Source: Candidatus Scalindua sp.
Lineage (GTDB): Bacteria > Planctomycetota > Brocadiia > Brocadiales > Scalinduaceae
Direction: 5' to 3'
Assembly: GCA_031316235.1 (NCBI GenBank)
Contig: JALDRA010000001.1
Location: 270,001-302,000 of the forward strand
Length of the DNA stretch: 32,000 nt
Numbering within the stretch: the stretch's first letter is position 1; each line of letters begins with the position of its first letter. The position numbers were made by a program, and so were the translations under genes. Shown in pieces: positions 8,297 through 17,609 of this stretch. The notes under the pieces were generated by a model. That model was not told where the DNA came from and did no database searches. It worked only from the letters and a program-made list of their open reading frames with translations.

Positions 8297-8325
8297 TTGA
8301 CTCAGGTTCAGCGTGATGGTAATAT
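8297..8325 (+). promoter_or_regulatory. Sigma70-like promoter candidate upstream of argG
   Basis: TTGACT (8297-8302), 17-nt spacer, TAATAT (8320-8325). It lies about 50 nt upstream of the argG ATG. Confidence 0.45.
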
Positions 8326-8377
8326 GCGTTTTTCACGTATATTCTAACAATTTATGCATTTTGAGGTAAAACGAGTA

Positions 8378-9586
8378 ATGGGAAAAAAGAAGGTTGTTCT
8401 GGCATATTCAGGAGGACTTGATACCTCTGTCGCCATTAAATGGATACAAGAAAAGTATAAAATGGACGTAATTGCCTTGAGCATTGATTTGGGAGCAGAA
8501 AAAGATCTCAAACCTGCAGAAAAAAAGGCACTCCAGATCGGTGCGATTAAATCAATGACCATAGAAGCAAAAGAGGAATTTATCGATTCCTTTATCTTTC
8601 CAGCCCTGCAGGCCGGCGCTCTTTATGAGAAAGTGTATCCGCTGGCAACTGCCCTGGGAAGACCACTGATTGCAAAGATACTCGTTGATACCGCAAAGTC
8701 TGAAGGGGCGACCGCTGTTGCTCATGGTTGCACCGGCAAAGGTAATGATCAGGTCAGGTTTGACGTTGCCATAAACACCCTTAATCCATCTCTGCAGATA
8801 ATCGCACCGCTGCGGGAGTGGAATATGACACGAAACGATGCAATAGAATATGCTAAAAAGAACGGAATACCCGTTGAGGTGACCAAAAAGAGTCCGTACA
8901 GTATTGATGAGAACATCTGGGGGAGAAGTATTGAGTGCGGTGTTCTTGAAGATCCATGGATAGAACCACCCGAAGAGGTATACAAATGGACAAACGAGAT
9001 AAACAAAACACCTGATACACCAACTTATCTGGAGATTGGTTTTGAGAAAGGCATTCCTGTTTCTCTCAACGGAAAAGAGAGAGATGGTCTCAGCTTGATA
9101 CAGGAACTGAACCAGATTGCAGGGGAGAATGGAGTGGGCCGGATAGACCATCTGGAGAACCGCGTTGTCGGAATTAAATCGAGAGAAATCTATGAATCTC
9201 CTGCAGCCATATTGCTCTTTAAGGCACATCATGCATTAGAAGAGATTACCATGACAAAAGATGCCTTGAGATTTAAAGATCTGGTGTCAACGCAATACTC
9301 TGATATGGTCTACAGCGGTTTATGGTTTTCAACATTCCACCAGGATTTAACCGCCTATGTCCTCAGTAGTCAGCGTTTTGTAACCGGTACAATACGCATA
9401 AAACTATTAAAAAGTAACTGTTCCGTCGTTGGAAGAAAGTCACCGTTCTCATTATATACACGCTCCCTTGCGACATATGACAAAGGAGACACCTTCGATC
9501 ATAATGCAGCAACCGGCTTTATCAAGATTTTCGGTTTAGCAACCAAGACACAGGCACAGATCCAGAAAAATGCAGCAGTATTGTGA
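8378..9586 (+). CDS. argG: Argininosuccinate synthase
   Basis: MGKKKVVLAYSGGLDTS ATP-pyrophosphatase motif, plus HGCTGKGNDQVRF and ENRVVGIKSREIYE. The track ORF begins 8 codons earlier (8354). ArgG proteins normally begin just before the VLAYSGGLDTS motif. Confidence 0.95.
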   Translation: MGKKKVVLAYSGGLDTSVAIKWIQEKYKMDVIALSIDLGAEKDLKPAEKKALQIGAIKSMTIEAKEEFIDSFIFPALQAGALYEKVYPLATALGRPLIAKILVDTAKSEGATAVAHGCTGKGNDQVRFDVAINTLNPSLQIIAPLREWNMTRNDAIEYAKKNGIPVEVTKKSPYSIDENIWGRSIECGVLEDPWIEPPEEVYKWTNEINKTPDTPTYLEIGFEKGIPVSLNGKERDGLSLIQELNQIAGENGVGRIDHLENRVVGIKSREIYESPAAILLFKAHHALEEITMTKDALRFKDLVSTQYSDMVYSGLWFSTFHQDLTAYVLSSQRFVTGTIRIKLLKSNCSVVGRKSPFSLYTRSLATYDKGDTFDHNAATGFIKIFGLATKTQAQIQKNAAVL

Positions 9587-9595
9587 GAAACAGCG

Positions 9596-9905
9596 ATGAA
9601 GATTCTGGTAATTGGTGCAGGAACTGCAGGCGGTTACCTTGGAGGATTGCTTGCCAGGGGAGGAGAAGACGTTACCTTTGATGCAAGGGGTGATTACCTC
9701 GCATCAATTAATGCATCAGGCCTCAGAAGAAGTTACCGAGTCATGGGAAATACTCCACTACTGCTTCGGAAAATTAATAATTATAGGAGAATTGGACAGG
9801 AGGGTATCAGACAGGAGTCAGATGATTTCTGAAACTTTTAAGAAGGCCGGCATTCCCTGTTCTATCTCTGATGATATCCAGCTTGAGAGAATAGCTAATG
9901 ATTGA
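9596..9905 (+). pseudogene. Decayed remnant of 2-dehydropantoate 2-reductase (PanE/ApbA family)
   Basis: Frame 1 gives MKILVIGAGTAGGYLGGLLARGGEDVTFDARG, a Rossmann N-terminus. Another frame continues with GKLIIIGELDRRVSDRSQMISETFKKAGIPCSISDDI. About 100 codons remain where roughly 300 are expected. Confidence 0.6.
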
Positions 9906-9960
9906 GGTATCAGTGTCAGCTTTTTAACAAATCATTGTATTGCAGCCTTGAGAGCCACTT

Positions 9961-10455
9961 CTATTGCTTTAAGGAGCACAGGGTTCGCCTCATTTGCTTT
10001 ATACCGCTCAGCCACATTTCTCTTTCAGGCGCTGTCAGCGCTGATTTGCCGATTGCCTGTTCAAGGTTTTCAAGAAACCTGATTTCCATACTCCCAGCCC
10101 CCCTGACTTCCCCCCGGTTTTCAGCGATCGCGTTATAAGGGCTGGCAGCGTTCATGTAACGTATGCCATTGTTTGTCAACCACGCACAGGTTGACAGCGT
10201 CAACAAGCCCGGAAGAGATAAGCTTTTTTAAAGGTTTCCTGATAGTTTTTTCTTTAAATTCATATTCTTCTATAATAGCCTCAAAGGTCTTAATTTTGCT
10301 GGTGCCGCATTGTTTCCAGAGAGTATAAAGATTTTCAAGTATGAATTGTTCAAAGGGAGATTTTTCCATAGTTGAAATTCATCATCCGATACGGTCTCAA
10401 AAAAAAATAGCTCACCATGGCCGTTCTGACGGGTACGGTGAATAATTACTTTCAA
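9961..10455 (-). pseudogene. Possible frameshifted remnant of an unknown (winged-helix-like?) gene
   Basis: Three consecutive minus-strand ORF fragments (10455-10270, 10369-10133, 10206-9961) sit in three different frames and overlap each other. The middle fragment contains KTIRKPLKKLISSGLVDAV. Alternatively, only the 78-aa middle ORF is real. Confidence 0.3.
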
Positions 10456-10509
10456 ATCGTCTTTCAGTATAGAGAAGCTGCCAACGCTGACATGCGGTAA
10501 CCATTTCTG

Positions 10510-11907
10510 CTACATCATGAACCTGGTCACAAACCACCAGGTGATAATACTTCCGACATAACCAAGCGCAATGATAGGTGCCCATTTTATATGAGACATG
10601 AATGTATAGTGTTCTCTGTTAACACCCATAACAGCGACACCTGCCGCCGATCCTATCGACAAGAGACTTCCTCCCACACCGGTAGTCAAGGTGATGAGCA
10701 ACCATTGATCGAGTCCCATCGGCATGTCCATCTTAAGCACTGCATACATAAGGGGTATATTGTCTCCAACGGCAGAAACAATTCCAATCGCCACATTTGC
10801 AAACGTATATCCAAGGGTACCGTACAAAGCATCTCCAACTACGGCAAGGTGCCCCATATACTGCAATGCCCCTACAGCCGTCAATACTCCAAAAAAGAAG
10901 AGCAGGGTATCGAACTCCACCTGTTCCACTTTTTTAAAAAAATCGTAGCTTGATACATCCCTTCTCTCTTTTCCAGGGCCCGATTGGTTCCTTAAAAATT
11001 TCCCTTCCCCCCAGTGTTGCATGTAATACGATACGAACATGAGAAATCCCATACCCAGCATCATACCCATAAAAGGAGGTAGATGGAGGAATTGATGAAA
11101 AGAGACACCCAAAGCAATGGTGAGAACACCAAAAAATATGGTCCTTCTGGCACCCGGCTTAAGAGCTGCAGTTTCCTTACCGCATTCAGGTTTTCCCCTG
11201 GGTATCCATAAACTCATGATAAAAGCCGGAACAAGCCAGTTGACAAGAGAGGGGAGAATCAGATAGAGGAACTTCAGCGTCTCAACTTTTCCCTCCATCC
11301 AAACCATCAATGTCGTAATATCTCCAAAAGGACTCCATGCGCCGCCGGCATTAGCAGCCACTACAATGTTGACAAAGGCCGGTACTATGAATTTCTTATT
11401 ACCGCCACTTACCGCCAATGCTACCGTTGACATAAGCATGGCGCTGGTCAGATTGTCTGCAAATGGAGAGATGATAAAAGTCAGTCCTCCTGTGGCCCAG
11501 AAGAGGGACTTATAACCCATCCCCCTGGATAACAGCTTTGCACGGATGGCCTGAAATACGTTAAGGGAACTTAGGGTATTAATATAAGTCATGGCTACCA
11601 GGAGAAAGAAAAAAAGACCTCCGATCTCTGCAATGAGGTGTTCAATGAATTCATGAGTTCCACCCCCATGCCTTACCTCATAGAAAATGGTACTATCCTT
11701 CCGCAATGAATATGTTGTGGTTGCAGTATGTCCGACTCCATGCATCGCCTCATAAACACCAATGCACAGCCACATCAAACAACTGACCAATACGATTGGC
11801 TTTGACTTCCTGAGGTGTAGTTTATCCTCAAATATGATAAGAATATAACCAATAAAGAACAAAAACAGTGAGAAGTAACCAACCCAGCTATTCACCAAGT
11901 TCGTCAT
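10510..11907 (-). CDS. nhaD: Na+/H+ antiporter, NhaD family
   Basis: 465 aa and polytopic. The N-terminus IIFEDKLHLRKSKPIVL is typical of NhaD. Also ANAGGAWSPFGDITTLMVW and VGDNIPLMYAVL. Confidence 0.8.
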   Translation of the reverse strand: MTNLVNSWVGYFSLFLFFIGYILIIFEDKLHLRKSKPIVLVSCLMWLCIGVYEAMHGVGHTATTTYSLRKDSTIFYEVRHGGGTHEFIEHLIAEIGGLFFFLLVAMTYINTLSSLNVFQAIRAKLLSRGMGYKSLFWATGGLTFIISPFADNLTSAMLMSTVALAVSGGNKKFIVPAFVNIVVAANAGGAWSPFGDITTLMVWMEGKVETLKFLYLILPSLVNWLVPAFIMSLWIPRGKPECGKETAALKPGARRTIFFGVLTIALGVSFHQFLHLPPFMGMMLGMGFLMFVSYYMQHWGEGKFLRNQSGPGKERRDVSSYDFFKKVEQVEFDTLLFFFGVLTAVGALQYMGHLAVVGDALYGTLGYTFANVAIGIVSAVGDNIPLMYAVLKMDMPMGLDQWLLITLTTGVGGSLLSIGSAAGVAVMGVNREHYTFMSHIKWAPIIALGYVGSIITWWFVTRFMM

Positions 11908-11909
11908 GC

Positions 11910-11937
11910 TATACCCCCTTTAAAGGAAATGAGTATA
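11910..11937 (+). repeat. Mini-fragment carrying the right terminus of the dispersed repeat
   Basis: tataccccctttaaaggaaatgagtata. The last 12 nt (gaaatgagtata) are identical to the terminus of copy 2. It abuts the nhaD start codon (11907). Confidence 0.4.
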
Positions 11938-12042
11938 CAATTAACCAAAAACGGTAAAATTCGCTCCTCTACCGGCAGAAATCGGCTGTTAATGTAAGAA
12001 CTCCCCATTTCAAAGTTTGTGAATTAAAGAATGGCCACATTA

Positions 12043-12216
12043 TATACTAAAACCGATCCGGTTCTAGATTTTTCTAAAAACCAATGCCTGGTTAATGATA
12101 TCCTTGATGCTAACCCCATACTTCCTTATATGAAAACCAGACTTAATATGCTCATCTCATACTGGATTTCGGATAAAATCCGAGATAAACCGGTATTCAT
12201 GTACCTTTAATATACT
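12043..12216. repeat. Composite or degenerate locus of the dispersed repeat (copy 3)
   Basis: A diverged left unit in + orientation (tatactaaaaccgatccggtt..., from 12043), then the right unit in reverse orientation (tatgctcatctcatactggatttcggataaaatccgagataaa, from 12147). Confidence 0.75.
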
Positions 12217-12351
12217 CCTGCCCATGACAAACTGAAGAATCAATCGAAATATGCTGATTCACACAAGCACCCTCCTCACATTCCTCTACATTTTCAAAAT
12301 TTTCCCTGTCACCTGAAAAGGCAGCCCCGGGAATTGACCAGAACTATCCAT

Positions 12352-12888
12352 CTACTCATTAACTTGTTCACTCTCCTCCAGTGTCGTACTTATGAGATCC
12401 TCCATGTCCAATTCCCTTCCCAGCTTCTCAAAAAATATTTCATGACATTGATCACAGGACTTTGTTAAACTATCAAATTCCGATTTTAATTGTGTAGCAT
12501 CGTGTTTCTTACTGCAAAGCATTAATTTATTAAGAGCACTGACAAACCTGTTGCTCAGGGAAATAAACTCACTGGGGATACCATCGTGTTCGATCATATA
12601 GAGTTCAACGCAATAATAGCCGATTCCTTCTTTGAGTTCTTGAGTCCATATATCCATCTCAGCCCAATCGTTGCGTTCTACAGCCCTCGCCAACCTCCTC
12701 ATAACCCGGGAGGCTTTTTTCATGGCCATCACAAGACCCTCCTGTTCGGGAGCGTCAGTGACTGTTTCCTGAACCCTCTCCACTAGTACTTCCTCAGATC
12801 TCTCACAGGAAACAAGTGACAGACATATTCCTAAAATTATTGCAGTCTTACCTATTATTGAATTGTTCATATTTCGCATGGTCATCAC
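12352..12888 (-). CDS. Lipoprotein, class II c-type cytochrome (cytochrome c'/c-556-like four-helix bundle) candidate
   Basis: Lipobox LVSC (Cys28). A single CDQCH haem-c motif (res 145-149, nt 12442-12456) lies near the C-terminus. The sequence between looks helical. Confidence 0.5.
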   Translation of the reverse strand: MMTMRNMNNSIIGKTAIILGICLSLVSCERSEEVLVERVQETVTDAPEQEGLVMAMKKASRVMRRLARAVERNDWAEMDIWTQELKEGIGYYCVELYMIEHDGIPSEFISLSNRFVSALNKLMLCSKKHDATQLKSEFDSLTKSCDQCHEIFFEKLGRELDMEDLISTTLEESEQVNE

Positions 12889-13109
12889 CTCTCAATTAAT
12901 TCCTTATCCCAACCAGAAAAACCAATCGTGTTGTCAAAAATTCCAGTTTCCGTTGCTTTCTTCCCATACACATCCATATTTTCGGTATTATGCTGTGTAA
13001 TCATACCATCCTCTAATGCTAAACTTCCGTAAAAAAAAATCGATCTGGTTATCCCATTTATTGGTTTTACAAAAATTGTCAGAATTCCTGGACAGTCAAT
13101 TCCTCTTTT

Positions 13110-16100
13110 TTATCGTGTCGATAATGAAAGGGTTGTATGTATGCGATCGCCATTTACGGATTTGTTGATTTTACCATCTATAATAAATAGCTGTTCATTT
13201 GGTACTCCTCCCTTCACGATAAGATAGTTCTTGATCTGTTTTGCTCTCTCCCGGGCCAAAGTTCTCAGCATTGTATCATCAATAAGAATTTTATCGATGA
13301 GGTGTCTTTTGGCTGCCGCTACAACCCCTCCGGGTTCAACTGTTCCAGCTTTGCTCTCTGGATGTTCATCCTTGTCACTATTTTCACGATGAAAATCAGG
13401 GCCACCATCATCACCAAACAGCTTCTTTGGATGGTGACCAAAATCTCTCTTATACATCGTAATGATAAGACGTCCATACTCCTCATCTGATAAAGAGATG
13501 TCTTGAGTCCGGGAATAATCCGTCCCGGTCGGGATCGTCCTTCCTCCTTCACTCAACATCCTGTTATGTAATTCCCACTCTCCCAATGCCTTCCGGTCAT
13601 TCTTGTCATCTGCAGATGCCCTGATTTCAAGCATAAGCATAGGTCTCTCAAAAAGTGCCTTAGCCAGTTTGTCCAGTTTCCTGACTTCCCGATCACTGAG
13701 TTCCGATCTTCCGTATTTAAACTCAACAGATCCAAGCTCTTCATCTCCTCCACCTACAAGCCCCGCCAGGACAGAAAATGGCGAGGTCACTATCTTGGTA
13801 ACCAGACCCACGAAAGCCTTCAGAATAACACTTCCATAATTAAACTCCGGGTCATTGAGTTCTCCACGAATCGGCAGATCCAGGTCTATTCTCCCTTGAC
13901 GGTCTTTAAGCAGGGCTATTGCAAGTTTGACAGGTAATTTTGTGGCATCTTTACTGTCAATACGATCACCAAGAGTCAGCTGATCTACCCGGATTACATT
14001 CTCGCCAATAAGCAGATTTTCTGACAGTTTGTACTTCAAATTTAACGATATTTTCCCTTTCTCGATGGGATATCCTGCAAATTTTGCAGAGTATGGAGTA
14101 GCTGTGGTGAGTTCCATGTTTTTGAAGATAAGTGATAAATCGGCATATTTTTGAGCACTTAAAAGATTTATTTTACCCGCAATGGTTACCGGTGCATGTT
14201 CATCAACTTCACCCTTGAGTACAACATCAGCTCTTGTCCCAGACTCAGAGGTTACCCCCTTCACAATCCCGTTTAACCCCTCCATATGAATAACAAAATT
14301 TGGCTTGAGGGTAAGATCGGTAAAATCGGCTGATCCATTTTCAATTCGAATTTCATCAATGTTAATGGGAAAGGGGCTGAGATCAAAAGTGGAACTCCCT
14401 TCTGCCACCAAAGAGTCTCCGTCTGACTTCCGGTCATCTTCTGCAGGCAACACCCTGGACAAGAACAGTTTTTCTTGACCTTTCCTGCTGTCTGACATCG
14501 CCAGCACCGTTGACAAATTTATGGTACCGTCCTGCCAGATAATGACCTTTGCGTATGGTTTACTGGCAACAACTTCGGAAATATTTATCCCATAAGGTAT
14601 TACGTTGCAGGATATTCCACTTAATGAGAGTGATTCCCACTTAAGTAACTCTTCAGAGAATATTTGATCTGAAATCCGCAAACTCTCAATCTTCGCATCA
14701 CCCTCATAGCGCACAAGAGGTCCTTCGCTCCCCAAGCTCATATAGTTAACTGAGCCATCAAGGTCTAGGGTACCGCCAACAATAGTAATCTTTGTGAAGG
14801 CATTCAATGTCGGCTGAAAAGAGCTCAGGGGCAATCTGGTTGCCTTGGCATGAGCGACTGCAAAAACAGGATCCATACCCGCCTCTCCTGCAAGATGTAT
14901 GGTCCCGGTTTCATTCAGCCCAAGATCTATGGAGAGTTCCATTTTCGAATCTTTCTCATTGCTCAGATTCTTCAGATTTACCGTAACAGGATCAAGATTT
15001 AATTTTTGTATTTCGGGTAATGTATGATTTTGCATACGTATGCGAGAATCTTCCACGTTCACTTCATGAACAGTAAAACGCCAGGTCTTCCCCTCTCCGG
15101 CAGCACTGGTTAACCTCGTAAAATCCCCCTCATCCCTCTCACGAACGCTATCAGGAATAAAGAGTTTCTGGGAGTGCATAATGCCATCCTTATCAAGCCT
15201 GTCGTGAAATTTCAAATCCATAGTATACACTTTGCCAATAACAGCCTCCTTTTGTGAGAAATCAATGTCAATACCTTTCACAGAAAGGGAAGGTATCGAG
15301 AGCAATTCACCCGTATTCTCCTTCTCAACAAGTTCCAATCCACCAAGTTTCATATTGCCATCTACAAGTTTCAGATCGATCCCCCCCCCACTCAAACCCA
15401 CACTGTATCCTGCATCCATGTCAAGATAACCATCTGATACTATGAAACCAACCTGATCTTGAATGTATTCCCATAAAGTACTGGTCTGTACTTTCGATAG
15501 GGTAAGCTTTCCATGAGAACCCAGAGGATTGACAGAAATATCTCCTTCACAGTAGAGCTCTCCACCTTTGCTTGTTTTTGCCCTGACGAGATAGCGGCCA
15601 GCACTATTTTCCCTGGTACTGAAACTCTCTAACAAAATTTTTACTGGAGACAATTTTACTTCGAAAGGAGTAGGATGCGAGAGATCACTGTATTCAAGAC
15701 GGCCCCGCTCGATCTGTAACCGTGAAATGATAACTGGAGGCAGGGCACTGTTTTTTTCAGTTAAAGAACCACTCGTACCCAGTGAAGCAATGAGATCAGA
15801 AAAATTAAATTTCCCATCAGGTAGAATCTGCACCTTTCCATCAGGCCTAACCAGGCGGATCTGCGCAAAAGTAAATGCCCTGCGAAAAAGAGATGAAAAC
15901 TGGAAGTTAACATACAACTCATCAAAATGAAAAAATCTCTCTCCATTCAGTTCACTCATTTCAAAATCTCCCACGGTTAATGAAAGAGCAAATGGGTTGA
16001 TTCTCACTTGTTCAATGACGACATTACGGCCAAATGTCTCAGTCAGACCTGATATGAGCTTAGATCTCACAATTGAGGGTGCAATAAGTAATCCTGTAAT

Positions 16101-16184
16101 GGTATATAAAAGAAAGATGGCAGCTGCAATGGTGACATACTTCATGGCAGCCGGCAGCTTGTGGTAAAACTCACCTATCCCCAT
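13110..16184 (-). CDS. DUF748 / AsmA-like large envelope protein
   Basis: N-terminal TM anchor (VTIAAAIFLLYTITGLLIAP) and a long beta-rich repeat body. DUF748-type segment: FKNMELTTATPYSAKFAGYPIEKGKISLNLKYKL. The track start at 16196 is GTG. The ATG at 16184 has GGAG with a 6-nt spacer. Confidence 0.7.
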   Translation of the reverse strand: MGIGEFYHKLPAAMKYVTIAAAIFLLYTITGLLIAPSIVRSKLISGLTETFGRNVVIEQVRINPFALSLTVGDFEMSELNGERFFHFDELYVNFQFSSLFRRAFTFAQIRLVRPDGKVQILPDGKFNFSDLIASLGTSGSLTEKNSALPPVIISRLQIERGRLEYSDLSHPTPFEVKLSPVKILLESFSTRENSAGRYLVRAKTSKGGELYCEGDISVNPLGSHGKLTLSKVQTSTLWEYIQDQVGFIVSDGYLDMDAGYSVGLSGGGIDLKLVDGNMKLGGLELVEKENTGELLSIPSLSVKGIDIDFSQKEAVIGKVYTMDLKFHDRLDKDGIMHSQKLFIPDSVRERDEGDFTRLTSAAGEGKTWRFTVHEVNVEDSRIRMQNHTLPEIQKLNLDPVTVNLKNLSNEKDSKMELSIDLGLNETGTIHLAGEAGMDPVFAVAHAKATRLPLSSFQPTLNAFTKITIVGGTLDLDGSVNYMSLGSEGPLVRYEGDAKIESLRISDQIFSEELLKWESLSLSGISCNVIPYGINISEVVASKPYAKVIIWQDGTINLSTVLAMSDSRKGQEKLFLSRVLPAEDDRKSDGDSLVAEGSSTFDLSPFPINIDEIRIENGSADFTDLTLKPNFVIHMEGLNGIVKGVTSESGTRADVVLKGEVDEHAPVTIAGKINLLSAQKYADLSLIFKNMELTTATPYSAKFAGYPIEKGKISLNLKYKLSENLLIGENVIRVDQLTLGDRIDSKDATKLPVKLAIALLKDRQGRIDLDLPIRGELNDPEFNYGSVILKAFVGLVTKIVTSPFSVLAGLVGGGDEELGSVEFKYGRSELSDREVRKLDKLAKALFERPMLMLEIRASADDKNDRKALGEWELHNRMLSEGGRTIPTGTDYSRTQDISLSDEEYGRLIITMYKRDFGHHPKKLFGDDGGPDFHRENSDKDEHPESKAGTVEPGGVVAAAKRHLIDKILIDDTMLRTLARERAKQIKNYLIVKGGVPNEQLFIIDGKINKSVNGDRIHTTLSLSTR

Positions 16185-16235
16185 AGAAAACTCCACCTGT
16201 AAAGATATGATAGAAATAAAACAGCTTCTCAGCGA

Positions 16236-17426
16236 TTATACATATTGCCCGGCACAATATCCTGATGACCAGGCCCACTGAAGATTATAGCCTCCCAACC
16301 ACCCGGTCACATCTATCACTTCACCGATAAAATAGAGGCCTTCCACTCTCCTGGCTTCAAAAGTTTTAGACGATAATTCTTCGGTATCGACTCCCCCTTT
16401 TGTTACTTCCGCTTTACGATATCCCTCCGTACCGGTAGGATAAACATGCCACTTATGAAAGAGATCGGAGATCTCGCTGATCTCTTTACTAGTATACTGA
16501 TTTGCAGGTTTATTCTGAACCGATAATTCCAGCCATCGATTGGCAAGCCGCCTGGTCAATAGCTCCCCAATCAGATTTTTCATCTCAACTTTTGGCCTTT
16601 CACACTTCCATTTTTCTATAAGCTCCACTGCATTAAACTCCGGGAGTAAATTGATAATAATTTCATCTCCGGCTTTCCAGTAATTTGAAATCTGCAGGAT
16701 CGCTGGACCACTTAAACCCTTGTGAGTAAATAGGATTGATCCTCGAAAAGAGTATCCATTGCAGGCAACCACTGCATCTACCGATATTCCGTACAGACCT
16801 TCCAAATCCTTCATGACCTGACTACTCAAGGTGAGGGGAACGAGTCCAGGCTGGCAGTCTAAAATATTAATTCCAAACTGTTTCGCCACCTCATATCCTA
16901 GATGAGCTACTCCTTTTTCGAGCAGGGATACACCTCCGGTGGCTATCACCAGAGATTCTGATCTATAGGTACCTCTGCTTGTCGTTACCGTGAAATGCCT
17001 CCCTTTTTCTATTTTCAAAACGGAACATCTCTTTTGAATCTTTACCCCTGCAGTGCGGCACTCTTCCACTAAAAGCCTTACAATTTCACCCGCATCTCCA
17101 TCACAGAAAAGCTGACCTGATGTTTTCTCATGGTAGCTTACAGTATGTTTTTCAACTAACTTAATAAAATCATACTGGGTAAAGCGCTTTAGAGCAGACT
17201 TGCAGAAATGTGGATTACTCGATATATAGTTATCAGCAGCTACCAGTAAATTGGTAAAATTACAGTGTCCGCCCCCTGATATCAGGATCTTTTCTCCGAC
17301 ACTTTCCGCACGGTCCAGAAGCAAGACTTTACGTCCTCTCTTACCAGCCGATTGTGCACACATTAATCCCGATGCCCCCGCTCCAACGATTACGACTTCA
17401 AAATCTTGAATGCTGCTCATCATCAT
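16236..17426 (-). CDS. NAD(P)/FAD-dependent oxidoreductase, HI0933/BaiN family flavoprotein
   Basis: VVIVGAGASGLMCA dinucleotide-binding motif, ILISGGGHCNFTN, and C-terminal YFIGEVIDVTGWLGGYNLQWAWSSG. There are three consecutive ATGs at the start. Confidence 0.9.
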   Translation of the reverse strand: MMMSSIQDFEVVIVGAGASGLMCAQSAGKRGRKVLLLDRAESVGEKILISGGGHCNFTNLLVAADNYISSNPHFCKSALKRFTQYDFIKLVEKHTVSYHEKTSGQLFCDGDAGEIVRLLVEECRTAGVKIQKRCSVLKIEKGRHFTVTTSRGTYRSESLVIATGGVSLLEKGVAHLGYEVAKQFGINILDCQPGLVPLTLSSQVMKDLEGLYGISVDAVVACNGYSFRGSILFTHKGLSGPAILQISNYWKAGDEIIINLLPEFNAVELIEKWKCERPKVEMKNLIGELLTRRLANRWLELSVQNKPANQYTSKEISEISDLFHKWHVYPTGTEGYRKAEVTKGGVDTEELSSKTFEARRVEGLYFIGEVIDVTGWLGGYNLQWAWSSGYCAGQYV

Positions 17427-17609
17427 CTGAAAAACAGAAGTGTTTCACTCTTTACAGACTGTATACCCACTCACTATTGATCGATTGAAGGGTACCCTGT
17501 GGCTGAACTGAAACTGCCCATATATAAGGAGCTCATTTTGCAGCAGGAACGGTTGAGGATCACTGAATTCTTACCTCAACGCGGTAGATTGGTAGTTTCC
17601 GTTCAACCA

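Noticed and set aside
8552-9232. 226-aa minus-strand ORF (and the 85-aa ORF at 8749-9006) inside argG
   Set aside because: It is entirely antisense to a strongly supported argG reading frame. The translation is Cys/Phe/Trp-rich and not protein-like, so this is a shadow ORF.
13302-13839. Several 60-80 aa ORFs on both strands inside the DUF748 gene
   Set aside because: They are all nested in a continuous ~1000-codon frame with a coherent domain signature. They are treated as shadow ORFs.
17552-17580. Hairpin GTTGAGG-15 nt-CCTCAAC just downstream of pcm as a terminator
   Set aside because: The stem is only 7 bp, the loop is large, and no U-tract follows on the minus strand.
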